Part shown: positions 36,208 to 36,593 of the stretch, one piece after another
How positions within the stretch are numbered: position 1 is the first letter of the stretch
Layout: each line of letters opens with the position of its first letter
IMG/VR virus record: IMGVR_UViG_3300020044_001106
Span: 1 to 36,593 of that record
Reading direction: 5' to 3' (one strand)
DNA length: 36,593 nucleotides
Source of the DNA: a virus
Taxonomy: Duplodnaviria > Caudoviricetes
The notes under the pieces: model-generated
The model's input: only the letters and a program-made list of their open reading frames with translations
What the model was told of the DNA's origin: nothing
Databases searched by the model: none
Translations under genes and position numbers: made by a program

Positions 36208-36593
36208 TTAGTTCCTGTTGTATTCACATTCTCTCACTGAGCAAAACTTGCACAGTGGGCCTTGGATTGGATTCCATACCCCATTTTCTAACGCCGCCTC
36301 AATTCTTGCAACATCTCGGGCAGGGGGCTCAATATATTTCTCTACCATTTCTGAGTAGTGCGTAGCCCTCACGAATTCCTTGCTGACTACAAACAAGAGA
36401 GCCGACTTCACCCTCTTGATCTCCGGAAACTTGGCGAATAATCCACAAGCGACAAGATCGAGTTGCTTCACGTCCGCATATCTCGCACTCTTGCTTGTCT
36501 TGTAGTCTATGGAGTGTGCTGTCCCTGTCGTCCGATTGATAATCACCAAATCCGCTACCCCATGCCACCATACATCCGGAGCATCGAAGTCGC
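36208..36593 (-). CDS. PD-(D/E)xK Cas4/RecB-like exonuclease, 5'-truncated by the window edge
   Basis: Frame open to the window end: GVADLV...IDYKT...QL; C-terminal CKFC....C. Confidence 0.85.
   Translation of the reverse strand, partial: DFDAPDVWWHGVADLVIINRTTGTAHSIDYKTSKSARYADVKQLDLVACGLFAKFPEIKRVKSALLFVVSKEFVRATHYSEMVEKYIEPPARDVARIEAALENGVWNPIQGPLCKFCSVRECEYNRN

Noticed and set aside
36208-36593. CRISPR-Cas association of the Cas4-like nuclease
   Set aside because: No repeat-spacer array or other cas genes; stand-alone Cas4-like exonucleases are common in phage replication modules
1-36593. Prophage, integrase or host genes
   Set aside because: No integrase, att-like site, rRNA/tRNA or cellular housekeeping gene seen; lifestyle cannot be determined from this window

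Overview
This is a 36.6-kb segment of a tailed dsDNA phage genome with podovirus-like architecture. It resembles uncultured aquatic phages with a P22/SU10-type short tail; host and taxonomy cannot be determined from the sequence. The + strand (1-29.7 kb) carries late genes: small Lys/Met/Gly-rich proteins, two adaptor-like genes, tail/fibre genes with an array of fibre+chaperone cassettes, an embedded holin/GH24 lysis module, a nozzle-like protein, a GNAT-like/cupin pair and four putative ejection proteins, the largest a 2127-aa HExxH protein. The - strand (29.8-36.6 kb) carries replication genes: Cas4-like nuclease (partial), HNH-like protein, SNF2 helicase, SSB-like protein, HTH protein and a DUF927 primase-helicase. 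Capsid, portal, terminase and polymerase genes are not in the window. The most notable unannotated signals are: (i) two minus-strand RNA elements, each behind a sigma70-like promoter and each exposing an anti-Shine-Dalgarno tract (a 93-nt multi-stem leader at 34385-34477 and a ~60-nt promoter-to-terminator unit at 29707-29767); (ii) an xxxGG peptide motif dispersed over seven late proteins; (iii) an in-frame deletion scar of a fibre/chaperone cassette bounded by repeated junction sequences. All family assignments come from motif recognition by eye, not from database searches.
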